Of a stretch of DNA of 56,403 bases, positions 14,511-24,800 are shown piece by piece. The DNA lies in the NCBI GenBank assembly GCA_027067975.1, contig JAMOUS010000060.1, forward strand, positions 1 to 56,403, in the 5' to 3' direction. The DNA is from Bacteroidales bacterium. GTDB lineage: Bacteria > Bacteroidota > Bacteroidia > Bacteroidales > VadinHA17. The position numbers and the translations under genes were made by a program. A model generated the notes under the pieces. It searched no databases and was not told the DNA's origin. It saw only the letters and a program-made list of their open reading frames with translations. Numbering within the stretch: position 1 is the stretch's first letter; each line of letters starts with the position of its first letter.

Positions 14511-15812
14511 ATGGACATCCTGGTATTCAGTGAACGGGTGACGCCGCGGTTGCGGTGGATATTGCGGGAGGTGTTGTGGCGGCGTCTTGGATTGACCCCG
14601 GTGCTGGTGGACGACCGGGAGGCATACCGTCACGGCCATGTGCCGGGGATCACCTATGCGCGGGAGCGTGTGGGGCGGCGGCACGAGCTGGTCGTCTGGC
14701 CGGCGGGGCTGCTGCAGGAAGAAGGGATCACGCCGGCACCGCCTCCGCAAGATCATTCCGGGAACGTTCCCGTGCTCTTCCCCGCGCCCCCCGGCTATGA
14801 CCTGCCCTTCGACCTCTTCTCGGCAGCGTTTCACCTGCTTTCCCGCTATGAAGAATACCTGCCCGGCGAGCGTGACCGCCTGGGGCGCTTCCCCGCCCGG
14901 GCTTCCCTGGCGTGGCAAGGCGGATGGCTCGACCGCCCCGTCGTGGACGAATGGGCGCTGTGGCTGCTCAAGCGAATGACCCAAAAGGTGGAAGGACTGC
15001 AATACCGCATGCCACCCCTGCGTTTCGTCCCTACCCTGGATGTCGACCAGGCCTTTGCCTACCGCCATAAACCGCTTTGGCGACTGATAGGGGGCGGACT
15101 CGTTCAGGGTGACCTGCGACGCCGCTGGCGGGTATGGACCGAAAAGGAAAAAGATCCCTACGACATCTTCCCCGAAATCTTCCGTCTTCATGAGCCTGTC
15201 GGGGAGATGCCGCTCCTCTTCTTCCACACGGGCCGGTGGGGCCGGTATGATAAAGGCATTTCACTGCGCCATGAGGCGATGCGCCGGGTGGTACAGTATT
15301 GTGCTTCCCGCACGCAACTGGGCATACACCCTTCGGTAAAGGCCGCCCGTGCCCCACGCCTCATCGCCAACGAGAAAGCCCTCCTGGAAGAGATATACGG
15401 CCGGCCGGTGATCTACAGTCGCATGCACTACCTCATGCTGCGCTTCCCTGAGATCCCCCGTGCCCTCTTGCAGGCGGGGATCCGGCAAGACTATTCGTTG
15501 GGCTATCCCGAAGCTCCGGGCTTCCGCGCCGGCACCTGTCATCCTTTTCAGTGGTACGACCTGGAGCGGGAGGAAGAGACCTCCCTGCTCCTTGTGCCCC
15601 TCACTGCCATGGATGGCGCGCTGCGCCACGGCATGCGCCTCTCCCCCGGACAGAGTGTGGAACGGTTGGAGCAGCTCCGCAAGACGATCGAACCTTACGG
15701 TGGCCTGCTCGTGACACTTTGGCACAACCATACGCTTGCCGGTGGTGGCGACTGGCAACCGTGGGCCGAAGCCTATTTGCATTGGATGTACGAACATTTT
15801 GCTTCTTCATGA
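14511..15812 (+). CDS. Polysaccharide deacetylase-family (carbohydrate esterase-like) protein
   Basis: 433-aa ORF. ...PTLDVDQAFAY..., ...GIHPSVKAA..., ...SRMHYLMLRFP... and ...GYPEAPGFRAGTCHPFQWYD... recall the Bacteroidota deacetylase-like family. Recognition is by motif memory only. Confidence 0.6.
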   Translation: MDILVFSERVTPRLRWILREVLWRRLGLTPVLVDDREAYRHGHVPGITYARERVGRRHELVVWPAGLLQEEGITPAPPPQDHSGNVPVLFPAPPGYDLPFDLFSAAFHLLSRYEEYLPGERDRLGRFPARASLAWQGGWLDRPVVDEWALWLLKRMTQKVEGLQYRMPPLRFVPTLDVDQAFAYRHKPLWRLIGGGLVQGDLRRRWRVWTEKEKDPYDIFPEIFRLHEPVGEMPLLFFHTGRWGRYDKGISLRHEAMRRVVQYCASRTQLGIHPSVKAARAPRLIANEKALLEEIYGRPVIYSRMHYLMLRFPEIPRALLQAGIRQDYSLGYPEAPGFRAGTCHPFQWYDLEREEETSLLLVPLTAMDGALRHGMRLSPGQSVERLEQLRKTIEPYGGLLVTLWHNHTLAGGGDWQPWAEAYLHWMYEHFASS

Positions 15813-16705
15813 TCCGGCATCTTCGTCACCGGCAGATCGACAAAGCCGCCTGGGACGCCGTGGTGAGGCAATCCCGGATGGAGGTGCCCTATGCCCTGTC
15901 GTGGTGGCTCGACATCCTTTCGCCGGGATGGGAAGGCATCGTGGCGGAAGAGAGGTGGGTGTTTCCCCTGCCGGTGAAACGCAAGATGGGGGTGAAGATC
16001 ATGTTACAGCCTCCTTTCATCCAGCAGCTCGGGATCTTTTCCATGGAGAAGATGCCCCCTGCCGCCGTGGCGGCCGTGGTGGCAGCACTGCCCCGCTCCA
16101 TCCTGTACGGCGACATACAACTGAACGAACTGACCCCCACAAGGGGTTGGCCGGGCCAAGTTACCCTGCGGCGCAACATCCTCCTCCACCTCGACGGCAA
16201 GGCTTCCCAACGGTACCACACCAACACACGACGCAACCTCAAAAAGTTCCTCGCGACAGGTGCGGAGATACGGGAAGAAGCGGACGGAGAGAGGGAGATG
16301 GTCCGTCTCTTCGCCAGGGAGGCACGGCAAAAGACCCCGCATCTGCGGAGAGAGCACTATGAACGCCTGCTCCGGCTGTACCAGCAGATGCGGGAACGTG
16401 GGATGCTGCGTCTGTTCGTCGCCCGCCGGAAGGAGGAGCTCATGGGGATGGCTGCCTTCATCGACTGGCGGGGACGGTGGATCTTCCACTTCTCGGCCGC
16501 CACGGCGGCAGGCCGGCAGAGCCATGTGCTCACCGGCATCCTCGACCATTTCATCCGCAGTGAGGAGGGATGTGGCAAGGTGCTCGACTTCGAAGGGGCC
16601 GAAGCGGAAGGACTGGCCCGTTTCTACCTCGGCTTTGGCGGCAGGGAAGTATGGTATCCGCACTGGACCTTCAGCCGTGTTCCCCTGCTGCCACGCCGCT
16701 CATGA
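15809..16705 (+). CDS. GNAT/FemAB-like acetyltransferase-fold protein
   Basis: Start chosen at ATG 15809 (MIRHLRHRQIDKAAWD...), which overlaps the upstream stop as ATGA. The longer ORF from 15551 would overlap the preceding gene by 260 nt. The C-terminal half (..FHFSAATAAGRQSHVL..) resembles Acetyltransf_6/FemAB-like proteins. Confidence 0.55.
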   Translation: MIRHLRHRQIDKAAWDAVVRQSRMEVPYALSWWLDILSPGWEGIVAEERWVFPLPVKRKMGVKIMLQPPFIQQLGIFSMEKMPPAAVAAVVAALPRSILYGDIQLNELTPTRGWPGQVTLRRNILLHLDGKASQRYHTNTRRNLKKFLATGAEIREEADGEREMVRLFAREARQKTPHLRREHYERLLRLYQQMRERGMLRLFVARRKEELMGMAAFIDWRGRWIFHFSAATAAGRQSHVLTGILDHFIRSEEGCGKVLDFEGAEAEGLARFYLGFGGREVWYPHWTFSRVPLLPRRS

Positions 16706-17458
16706 GGTGGCCGGACGCTTCTTGTGTCTCTTCTTCCCGGCTTTCTTCGCGGCTCTGATCCTCTCGTGAAGGTATCCTGCCAGATAGATCATGTCCCGTC
16801 CGACGGTACGGGTGTACTCGTCGTACTTCATCGCCTCGACAAAGGTATCATCCCAGATGTCGGGCCGCTCCCAGTGACAGGGGATGATGCAACAAGCTCC
16901 GTACTCGTGGTAATCGATCCCGTCGGCAGCAGGATTCACCGGGACGGCCAGAAAACCGTCATGGGGGTTGGTATGGTAATCGATCGCCTTGGCGAAGATG
17001 GTATAATCGGGATAGTTCCTGCCAAGATTGAAGAAATAGACCGGGTTCTTGGCATAACCCCGCATGGGCATAATGGTGAAGCCCTGGCGTTTGAGGGCTG
17101 CGACGATGCGGTAGTTGATGGCCTCGGGACGCAGGCCGCCTGAGAAAACACGGACATTACCCACCTTATAGTAGTTGAGTGCCGTATAGAGCCATATCTG
17201 AGCCAGCTGGGTGAGGGAACCGTCGGTGATACCGGCAAAGAGGATCTCGGCCTGTCCACGTTCGCGGATCATGTGCAAAAGAGTATCGCCGATCAGTCGA
17301 AGGGTGTCCCTGCGTGCTCCCGGGATGAGCCCCTCCTCCCCCGCCAGCCGCTGGCATTGTTCATAAAGCGCAGGATAAAAGCGCTGACCCGCAGAGCGCG
17401 GCAGAGGCACAAAGAAAAAAAACACAAGCAACAGGGCTGGGATGAAAGACCTGGACAT
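16700..17458 (-). CDS. LMW-PTP/ArsC-fold family protein with degenerate active-site loop, signal peptide and basic C-terminal tail
   Basis: 252-aa ORF with signal peptide MSRSFIPALLLVFFFFVPLPRSAGQ. ILFAGITDGSLTQLAQIWLYTALNYY...VFSGGLRPEAINYRIVAALKRQGFTI aligns by eye with the Bacteroidota protein-tyrosine-phosphatase-like family (..CTHNSRRS...SGGTE..), but lacks the Cys and Arg of the CX5R loop. Confidence 0.5.
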   Translation of the reverse strand: MSRSFIPALLLVFFFFVPLPRSAGQRFYPALYEQCQRLAGEEGLIPGARRDTLRLIGDTLLHMIRERGQAEILFAGITDGSLTQLAQIWLYTALNYYKVGNVRVFSGGLRPEAINYRIVAALKRQGFTIMPMRGYAKNPVYFFNLGRNYPDYTIFAKAIDYHTNPHDGFLAVPVNPAADGIDYHEYGACCIIPCHWERPDIWDDTFVEAMKYDEYTRTVGRDMIYLAGYLHERIRAAKKAGKKRHKKRPATS

Positions 17459-17510
17459 CGCGGCGGGAGGTTGTGGCTACGGGGTTAAAAATAAGAAAAA
17501 TTTCCTCCCT

Positions 17511-17551
17511 TAAAAAGAGAGGCCTTCTCCCCACCGGGGAAAAGGCCTCTC
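17511..17551 (-). terminator. Rho-independent terminator downstream of the peroxiredoxin gene
   Basis: A 16-bp stem, GAGAGGCCTTCTCCCC (17517-17532) with GGGGAAAAGGCCTCTC (17536-17551), has one mismatch and a 3-nt loop. It is followed on the minus strand by TTTTT (plus-strand AAAAA, 17512-17516). Confidence 0.8.
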
Positions 17552-17572
17552 CCAAAACTTTCAAATGGGATC

Positions 17573-18223
17573 CTACCGCTCTTTGTGGCAGAACCACCAA
17601 TCATAACACTCATATTCCTTGAGACGCTGTTCGGCGGTCTCGACATCCGTTGCCGGCGGGATGATCACGCGGCTGCCCATGAACTCATTGTTGGGCCAGT
17701 TGGCCGGTGTGGCCACTCCTTCGCTGTCGGATACCTGCAGCGCCTTGACAGCCCGGAGCACCTCGTCAAGGTTACGGCCGATCTCCTGGGGATAATAAAT
17801 GATCAGCCGGATCGTGCCTTCCGGATCGACCACATATACCGCACGCACGGTCGTAGAGCCTTTCCCGGGATGCAAAAGCCCCAGCTTGTTGGAGACCGTA
17901 CCCAGGTTGTCGGCAATGATCGGGAAGGGGATCTCCACATCCAGCTTCTCCTTGATCCATTCATGCCATTTGATGTGAGCGAACACCTGGTCGACCGACA
18001 GCCCCAGCAGCTCGGCATTGATCTCCTTGAACTGATCGTTCAGCTTCGCAAAGCCGACGAACTCCGTGGTACATACCGGCGTGAAATCGGCCGGATGACT
18101 GAAAAGCACCAGCCATTTGCCCTTGTAATCATCGGGAAGCCGCTTCACCCCATGGGTGGTCTGAACTTCCATCTCGGGGAATTTGTCCCCTAACAGCGGA
18201 AAAGTGTGATTTGTCTGTTCCAT
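17573..18223 (-). CDS. Peroxiredoxin (Prx6/1-Cys-type)
   Basis: 216-aa [21 protein letters not shown] contains the peroxidatic Cys motif PxxxTPVC, and the length and C-terminal domain fit the Prx6 subfamily. Confidence 0.9.
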   Translation of the reverse strand: MEQTNHTFPLLGDKFPEMEVQTTHGVKRLPDDYKGKWLVLFSHPADFTPVCTTEFVGFAKLNDQFKEINAELLGLSVDQVFAHIKWHEWIKEKLDVEIPFPIIADNLGTVSNKLGLLHPGKGSTTVRAVYVVDPEGTIRLIIYYPQEIGRNLDEVLRAVKALQVSDSEGVATPANWPNNEFMGSRVIIPPATDVETAEQRLKEYECYDWWFCHKER

Positions 18224-18253
18224 TTTCGTTAAAATTTATTGGTTAATAATTAG

Positions 18254-18331
18254 TTCTGAGTTATCGAGTATCGAGTATTGAGTATTGAGTATTGAGTATC
18301 GAGTATTGAGTATCGAGTCAGTGAGTCCCGG
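18254..18331 (+). repeat. Heptamer microsatellite block, locus C (8 phased AT[CT]GAGT units plus CAGTGAGTCCCG junction)
   Basis: 18263-18318 reads ATCGAGT ATCGAGT ATTGAGT ATTGAGT ATTGAGT ATCGAGT ATTGAGT ATCGAGT. It is flanked by GTTCTGAGTT (5') and CAGTGAGTCCCG (3'), the same edges as at loci A and B2. Confidence 0.95.
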
Positions 18332-18341
18332 ATTTCTTTTC

Positions 18342-18758
18342 TTATCTTTTCCTTGCTTTGATCTCCACATGAAAGTCCTCGACAACCAATCCGGGAAGTT
18401 CCCTGTTGCGGAAATACTCTTCCAACATGCGGTTCAGTTCCTCATCTTCCAGATCCAGGATCTCTTCCGATCCGTCCAGATGAACATGATGATGGCGGCC
18501 AATGACCGGGTCGTAACGCATCACATCCCGGTCGGTGCTGATCCGCATGATCAGTCCTTTCTCCACGAACAGATCAAGCGTCTTATAGACCGTCCCTGCC
18601 GAAATGTCGGGATCGACCCTTCTCACTTCCCGGATCACCATCTCCGCCGTGGGGTGATTCCGCATCTCCGATATGACTTCCAGGATCACTTTCCGCTGCG
18701 GCGTCACCTTCAACCCATGTTCCCTCAATCGCTCCCGGACCCTTTTTTCGTTCTTCAT
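18342..18758 (-). CDS. Fur-family transcriptional regulator (PerR-like by context)
   Basis: 138-aa ORF. LKVTPQRKVILEVI...HPTAEMV...ISAGTVYKTLDLFVEKGLI is the Fur winged-helix, and HHHVHL is a metal-site motif. It lies directly upstream of and co-directional with the peroxiredoxin gene. No CxxC pairs are present. Confidence 0.85.
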   Translation of the reverse strand: MKNEKRVRERLREHGLKVTPQRKVILEVISEMRNHPTAEMVIREVRRVDPDISAGTVYKTLDLFVEKGLIMRISTDRDVMRYDPVIGRHHHVHLDGSEEILDLEDEELNRMLEEYFRNRELPGLVVEDFHVEIKARKR

Positions 18759-18767
18759 TGGTTCTAG

Positions 18768-18783
18768 ATAATAATTATTCTCA
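18768..18783. promoter_or_regulatory. Candidate Fur/PerR-type operator (AT-rich palindrome)
   Basis: GATAATAATTATTCTC contains the perfect 10-bp palindrome AATAATTATT, and 14 of 16 positions are symmetric. It starts 10 nt upstream of the fur-family start codon (18758). Confidence 0.45.
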
Positions 18784-19021
18784 CTTAATTCTTACTGCAA
18801 AAGAAGAATAAATATTTTAAACTACCAAATCTTTTATGATATTTTTTTATCTGCGCGATTATTTAAGTTTGTAGAACCGATCTGTAATCTGGGAAAAGAG
18901 GATATGAAAAAGTGTGACTGATCTTCGGGACCTTTCTTTTTGGATTGCTCCTGGGAGCATGTCAGCGTGAGGAGGAGGAACTCTCCACTGGTTTGATTCC
19001 CTGCGGACCGGAGCATTCAGA

Positions 19022-19051
19022 TAAAAAAAAAAGCTGCCCCGGAGGGCAGCT
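19022..19051 (-). terminator. Rho-independent terminator downstream of the 865-aa T9SS cargo gene
   Basis: AGCTGCCC (19032-19039), loop CGGA, GGGCAGCT (19044-19051). The plus-strand A-run at 19022-19031 is a T-run on the minus strand. It lies 17 nt after the stop at 19069. Confidence 0.85.
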
Positions 19052-19068
19052 TTTCATCTCTGCATCAT

Positions 19069-21666
19069 TCAGTGTCGCACGACGATCTTGGCCATTCCCA
19101 TCTTTCCCCGCTCGATCGCCCGCAGGTAATAGATCCCATCGGGAAGGCTGGACAGATCTAACCGGGTAACGGGTCCGGTCATACGGAACTGCATCACAGC
19201 CTGGCCGCGCAGGTTGAACACCGTGACCTCAGCCGCCTTGAGTCCCTCCGATTTGAGGATCACAGGCCCCATCGTAGGATTGGGATACACCTCGATCTCC
19301 TCGACAGGGATCGTCGGAAGGAAGATACCGCTGGTGCTCTTGGCAATGGTGATGGAGGTGTCCGTGACCAGGAAGTCGAGTCCGGAGATCGTTCCGCCCT
19401 GCACCGAGATACTGTAAGTGGTATCCAACGGCAAGCCGGGGATATCCACCATGATCTGATAGTTCCCGTCGGGGATGTTGTCGAAGTGATAGACACCGTT
19501 CTCATCGGTATAGGCCCAGGCGATGACGTTATCCTCGACCGTGCTCTTCTGGACGCCGATGAGAATCACCTTGACCTTTTTGACGGGTTCTCCTTCCAGG
19601 TTCATCGATTTGAGGTTGGTCCCGCTGGTGTCCCTGTAGATCGCTCCTTCGAGCTGCCCCTGTCCGGTAAGGTCACCGGGTGTGGCCACCAGGGTGATAG
19701 TAAGGTTTTGAAGGGTGTCGGCACCGGCATGGACCGTGTCGGCGAGGAACCACAGGGGCGTATCCCCCAGGTAGGTGCCCACATAGTCGGCATAGTTATC
19801 GGGATCCGGCAAGGCATACAGCAGGTAATCCCCATAGACAAAATCACGGATCGTGAACCGGCCGTTGGGCATAATGTTCACCATATCGGCCTGAGGGGCA
19901 GGCCCCGAACTTCCCAGACGGATAAGGCTCACCATCCCCAGGGTGACCGGCTCTGTACCGTTGTATTGCACCTTCCCTTCCAGGAATGTATTGGGAGAGA
20001 GGTTGGCCAGAAACATGTTTTCCGAGTATGAGGGTGCAAGGGTGATGCCGCCCAGGGAGATCTCGCTCTCGAAACGCCCTAAGACGTAAAGGTTGTTATG
20101 CCGGTTCACCGTAAAGTCAAAGACACTCATGTTGGCGTTGGCTGATCCGCTGATACCCTGAAGGAAAGTGGCATGGCCATCGGCGGCAAGACCCAGGACA
20201 TAGATCATCGTGCCTGCTTCCGCCACGGCCAGGGTATCCTCCCCGAACACCAGTGTATCGTTGGCAGCCTCGGTGAGAAAGATCGAGCCATCATAGTTTA
20301 CCCTTCCACGGGGCGGAGCCATGAGGTCACTGCTGATGGAACGGGCCCAACGGAACATTCCATTCGCGCCGAAATAGGCAACGAACTGATCGCTGGAGTG
20401 TCCCGACTTTTTTATCAGATCAAACGCATCGCCGGGCAAGTCGAGTGTATCTCCTGTAAAATAGCCTAGAAGATACACATCTCCCCGGGGAGTGGTAAGG
20501 ATATCACTCTCTTTTATGAACAGTTCCATTTCACCTGACTTGTACAGACCTTCTCCCTCCCCTGTTTCGATGGTGGTCACCCAGGCGACTGTCCCGTTTT
20601 TCCGGAACCGGTAAAGGAAGAAGCTGCTTCCCCCGGGGCTTTCGAGCGGCACATCACCCAGGTCAAGTTTCCCGGGACCAAACTTTCCGGTAAAATAAAA
20701 GCCCCCGTCGCCGGTCATCTGAATGGCACTGGGAGAGTATACATTCTCATAAGTACTGGGCACGGACGAGAGGCCCCACTGATATTTGCCATCCGCATTG
20801 TAGCGCAACACCATGATGCCATTGCTCTCCTGTGCCTCCGGGAAGGTATCGTCGTCAAAACGGATGGGAGAACCGTAGTAAGTCCCCACGACGGTAAGCG
20901 AACCGTCAACACCAAAAGAAAGGTTGGATGGGGTAATGTCGGAAGAGGGTTGCTGACCTACGGCGATGACCTCGTCGGTGGCTCCCCACAATGGATTACC
21001 GTTGAGGGAGAAAACCATCACGAAAAGATGGTAAAGGCCCGATGCACCTTTCAGTGTGATATCTCCCGCATAAAGGCTGTCGCCATCGAAATAGCCGGCC
21101 ACGGCAAAACGGGAACCATCTTCCGCCCAGGTGATGGCCGTGGGATAGATCGAGCAGGTATTATCCGCCGGCAACAGGTTGATATGAGATTGGAGCCGCC
21201 CCGTCCGGTCGAAGATGCTCATAAAAATCTTGGGATTGCTGTCGTCATCCTTGAGCTCCACCCCGTCGACGCTCATCACCGTATCGGCATAACTCCCGAC
21301 AAAATAAAGGTTACCGGTCATATCCACGTAACTGCCCAGATAGTTCACATCCCAGGCACTGGGAGCTATGAATTGCTTTACCCAAACAGGGGTTCCACTG
21401 GATGTGATATTGGCAGCATACAGGTTGGTCTGTCCCACCAGATTGAGTGTGATCGTCCCGAATGTGATCGAAGAGCTATTGAACACACCTATCTGAAGGA
21501 GAGTGCCATCCGGGTACAGGGAGACATGGTTTTCAATGAGGCCACTGCCACCTCCCCAGTTCTTCATCCAGTTCCCCTTCATCATGTTCTGAGCTGGCGT
21601 AATGCCGGGGAACAGGATCCATACCATGGCCAAAAGTAGGGAAATAAGTAGAGTTTTTCTTTTCAT
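19069..21666 (-). CDS. T9SS-sorted secreted protein with SBBP-like beta-propeller repeats and carboxypeptidase-regulatory-like domain
   Basis: 865-aa ORF with signal peptide MKRKTLLISLLLAMVWILFPGITPAQN. C-terminal Por_Secre_tail: VYPNPTMGPVILKSEGLKAAEVTVFNLRGQAV...LPDGIYYLRA. Confidence 0.85.
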   Translation of the reverse strand: MKRKTLLISLLLAMVWILFPGITPAQNMMKGNWMKNWGGGSGLIENHVSLYPDGTLLQIGVFNSSSITFGTITLNLVGQTNLYAANITSSGTPVWVKQFIAPSAWDVNYLGSYVDMTGNLYFVGSYADTVMSVDGVELKDDDSNPKIFMSIFDRTGRLQSHINLLPADNTCSIYPTAITWAEDGSRFAVAGYFDGDSLYAGDITLKGASGLYHLFVMVFSLNGNPLWGATDEVIAVGQQPSSDITPSNLSFGVDGSLTVVGTYYGSPIRFDDDTFPEAQESNGIMVLRYNADGKYQWGLSSVPSTYENVYSPSAIQMTGDGGFYFTGKFGPGKLDLGDVPLESPGGSSFFLYRFRKNGTVAWVTTIETGEGEGLYKSGEMELFIKESDILTTPRGDVYLLGYFTGDTLDLPGDAFDLIKKSGHSSDQFVAYFGANGMFRWARSISSDLMAPPRGRVNYDGSIFLTEAANDTLVFGEDTLAVAEAGTMIYVLGLAADGHATFLQGISGSANANMSVFDFTVNRHNNLYVLGRFESEISLGGITLAPSYSENMFLANLSPNTFLEGKVQYNGTEPVTLGMVSLIRLGSSGPAPQADMVNIMPNGRFTIRDFVYGDYLLYALPDPDNYADYVGTYLGDTPLWFLADTVHAGADTLQNLTITLVATPGDLTGQGQLEGAIYRDTSGTNLKSMNLEGEPVKKVKVILIGVQKSTVEDNVIAWAYTDENGVYHFDNIPDGNYQIMVDIPGLPLDTTYSISVQGGTISGLDFLVTDTSITIAKSTSGIFLPTIPVEEIEVYPNPTMGPVILKSEGLKAAEVTVFNLRGQAVMQFRMTGPVTRLDLSSLPDGIYYLRAIERGKMGMAKIVVRH

Positions 21667-21837
21667 ACGCTTAGGTTTTTGGTTATTTCTTCACAATCCA
21701 GACATCTGTGCCTTGATACGTTTTTTGTTATTGAAAGTTACGGAAAATAGACACAAAAGAGAAACCTCTCAGGGTGCTTCTTCCCCCTTTTTTGATGGAA
21801 GTCCTCACAAAAAGGGTGAAAGTGTGGGAAGAAAACT

Positions 21838-24800
21838 TCAGAGGCGAATGCCGATCACCAGAATATCGTCGATCTGGGGCTCGTCTCCTTTCCAATCGAG
21901 GAGGGTTTGTTCGAGGATCCTCTTTTGTTCGTCCATGGGTAACTGATGGATCTTCAACAGCAGGTTTTTGAAGGGACGGGTCTTGAACTTCGCCCCGTCG
22001 GGTCCGCCGAACTGGTCGGCATAGCCGTCGGAGAAGATATAGAAGCGGTCGTCTTCCCGGATCTCGATCACGTGGTTGGTGAACGATTCTTTTTCGTTCA
22101 CCTGTATGCCGATGGGCATCTTATCGCCCTTGTATTCGATCAGCTTCCCGTCGCGAATGAGGATGAGAGGGTTATAGGCGCCTGCGTATTGCATGATCCG
22201 TTTTTCAAGGTCGATCACCACGAGGGCCATGTCCATACCGTCTTTGGCCTCGTCGGTCTTGCCGGTCTGTCCCAGCATCAGCTTGATGTAGTCGCGCAAT
22301 TTGTTGAGGATCCGGTGGGCCTCAAAGATACGGTCTTTGTTCATGATCTCATTGAGCAGGCTCATGCCGAGCATACTCATGAAGGCTCCGGGAACACCGT
22401 GTCCCGTGCAGTCGGCAGCAGCCACCACAAGATAGTTCTCATAACGGTAGAACCAGTAGAAGTCTCCCGAGACGATATCGCGGGGTCGGAAAAGAATGAA
22501 ATATTCTTTCACCGACTCCGCCAGGATCCGTTCGTCGGGGAGAACGGCCGACTGTATACGTTTGGCGTAATGGATGCTGTCTTTGATCTCCCGGTTCTGT
22601 TGCGCGATCTGATCACGCTGTTTCTCGATCTCCGATTTCTGTTTCTCGATCTCACGGGTACGCTCGCGCACTTTCTCTTCCAGGATCCTTTTCTCCCGGA
22701 TCAGCTGTTTTTCCCGGATCTTGATGATGAGATAGATGAGATAGATCGCCAGGACCACCATCAGGATGATGAACCAGGTCGACTGGTAGAAGGGCGGATG
22801 AATGCGGAACGAAAAAGTATAGGGTTTCTCGTTCCAGACGCCCTCCGCATTGACGGCCTTCACCATGAAAGTGTATTGGCCGGGCGGGATCTTCTTATAG
22901 GTCACCCGGTTGCTGGCAACGGGATCCGACCAGTCCTGATCGTAGTTCTTCAGAAAATAGCGATAACGGATCTTCTGGGGAATGGTATAATGGATGCCGA
23001 TATACTCAAAGGTGATGGTGTTCTTGTTGAAGGGCAGGACAAGATTGACCGGCAGGTGAGTCACAGGATCGATGCTGTCGCAGTAATCGGTAAGGTCGAT
23101 ATCTTTATTAAAGAGGAGTATCCTGCGCAGGAAGGTGACGGGGGGAGAGGAGTGTTTGCGTTCGTAGCGGGGATCCCAGTGGGCCAGTCCGGCGACGGTA
23201 CCGATCCACAGTTGATGGTCCCGTCCCAGAGCGACAGCCCCTTGGTTGGTTTCCAGGGGGGTAAATCCCTCCAGGGAGCCAAAGAACCTGATCTTTTCGC
23301 TCTCCAAGTCGATCCGGTTCAAACCTTTCTCGTGGCCGGCCCAGATCCGGCCGAGACCGTCATCGATCACAAAATAGATGGTATTGGAAGCCAGTCCGTC
23401 GCGGGTGGTGAGCGCGGTGATGTGATAGCCCGTGTCCACCGGTTCCAGATGCCCCAGCCCTCCGTCGGTGGCGACCCACAATCCACCTTTCGTATCGCGG
23501 GCAACATCCCTGCACTTGTTGGAAGGAAGCCCTTCCCGGACAGTATACCTCCGCAGCCGCTTCTTTTGCGTGTCATAGCGGAACAGACCGTCACGCGTGG
23601 CCAACCACAGCACTCCCTGATGGTAAAGAACACCGGGTATCTTGAGGCGCTGAACAGCCTCATTCCGCAGCGGAGCATTGAACCGACCCTGGCGGAAATA
23701 GTAGACCCCCTCTTCGGTGGCACACCAGATGCCGTCATGCTCATCCAGGGCCAGATCGTAGATGATCTTCTGATTCAGGACCGACGTATCGGAATAGTTG
23801 GTGATGCGACCGTCCCGGATACGGGAGAGAGTGGCATAACTGGAGGTCCAGATATCGCCGCGGCGATCTTGCAGAATATGGGTGACGGTATAGTCGGGCA
23901 AGCCTTGCTCCTTGTCCCACGCGGTGAAATGCTGACCATCAAAACGCACCACCCCCGCATTGGTTCCGGCCCATACATTCCCATCACGGTCGACGGCTAC
24001 CGAAAAGACACTGTTGTCGGGCAATCCATCCACATCCTGATACACCTCAAAGGTAAACTTGGCATATTCCGACACTCCCCCTCCCAGCGTGCCGAACCAG
24101 AGGTTCTGCTGGTTGTCCTCGAAGATCTTCAACACATAATTGTCGACCAATCCGTTCTTTTTGTCCAGATGGCGGAATCTGCCGTCGACAAGCCGGTAAA
24201 TACCGTCTTCATTGGGACGGCACCAGAGGATACCGCGGCTGTCTTCATAGAAGCCCATGATCACCTCGTTGGCGAGGCCATTTTCCCGATGGGTGACAAA
24301 GCGTTTGCCGTCATACATGGAAACCCCTCCCTGGTAGGTGCCGCACCAGACCCGGTCGTGGCGGTCGACATATATGGAAATAACGATATTGGAAGCCAAT
24401 CCATCCTCCACGGTAAAATGCCGGAACCCTCTGCCGTCGTACCGGTAGATGCCGTGGGTCTGTGTGGCAATCCAGTAGTTGCCTTGACGGTCCTGGTCGA
24501 TACCCCAGATCACATCGCCGAGGTCGAGATTGCGAAGACTGTCGCCATCGATGATGGTCACACCGGTTTGGGTACCGAACCACATCCGCCCGAGCGTGTC
24601 CTCAAACATGCAGATGACATTGTTGTGAAGCAGGCCGTTATGCTGATCATAGCTTACCACGGAATCGCCGCGGAGGATCTTTGAAACGCCGTAATGTGTT
24701 CTGACCCAAATGTTGTAACGGCGGTCCTCGTGAAGTTCTTCCACCTGGTCACTGATCAAGCCCTTGGCACGGTTGAGGGTGCGGATCTCCAGACCATTGT

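Noticed and set aside
21781-21822. The hairpin CCCTTTTTTG...CAAAAAGGG just downstream of the sensor-phosphatase stop, considered as a terminator.
   Set aside because: The stem is A/T-rich, the loop is ~15 nt and no T-run follows on the transcribed strand. The evidence is too weak to call.
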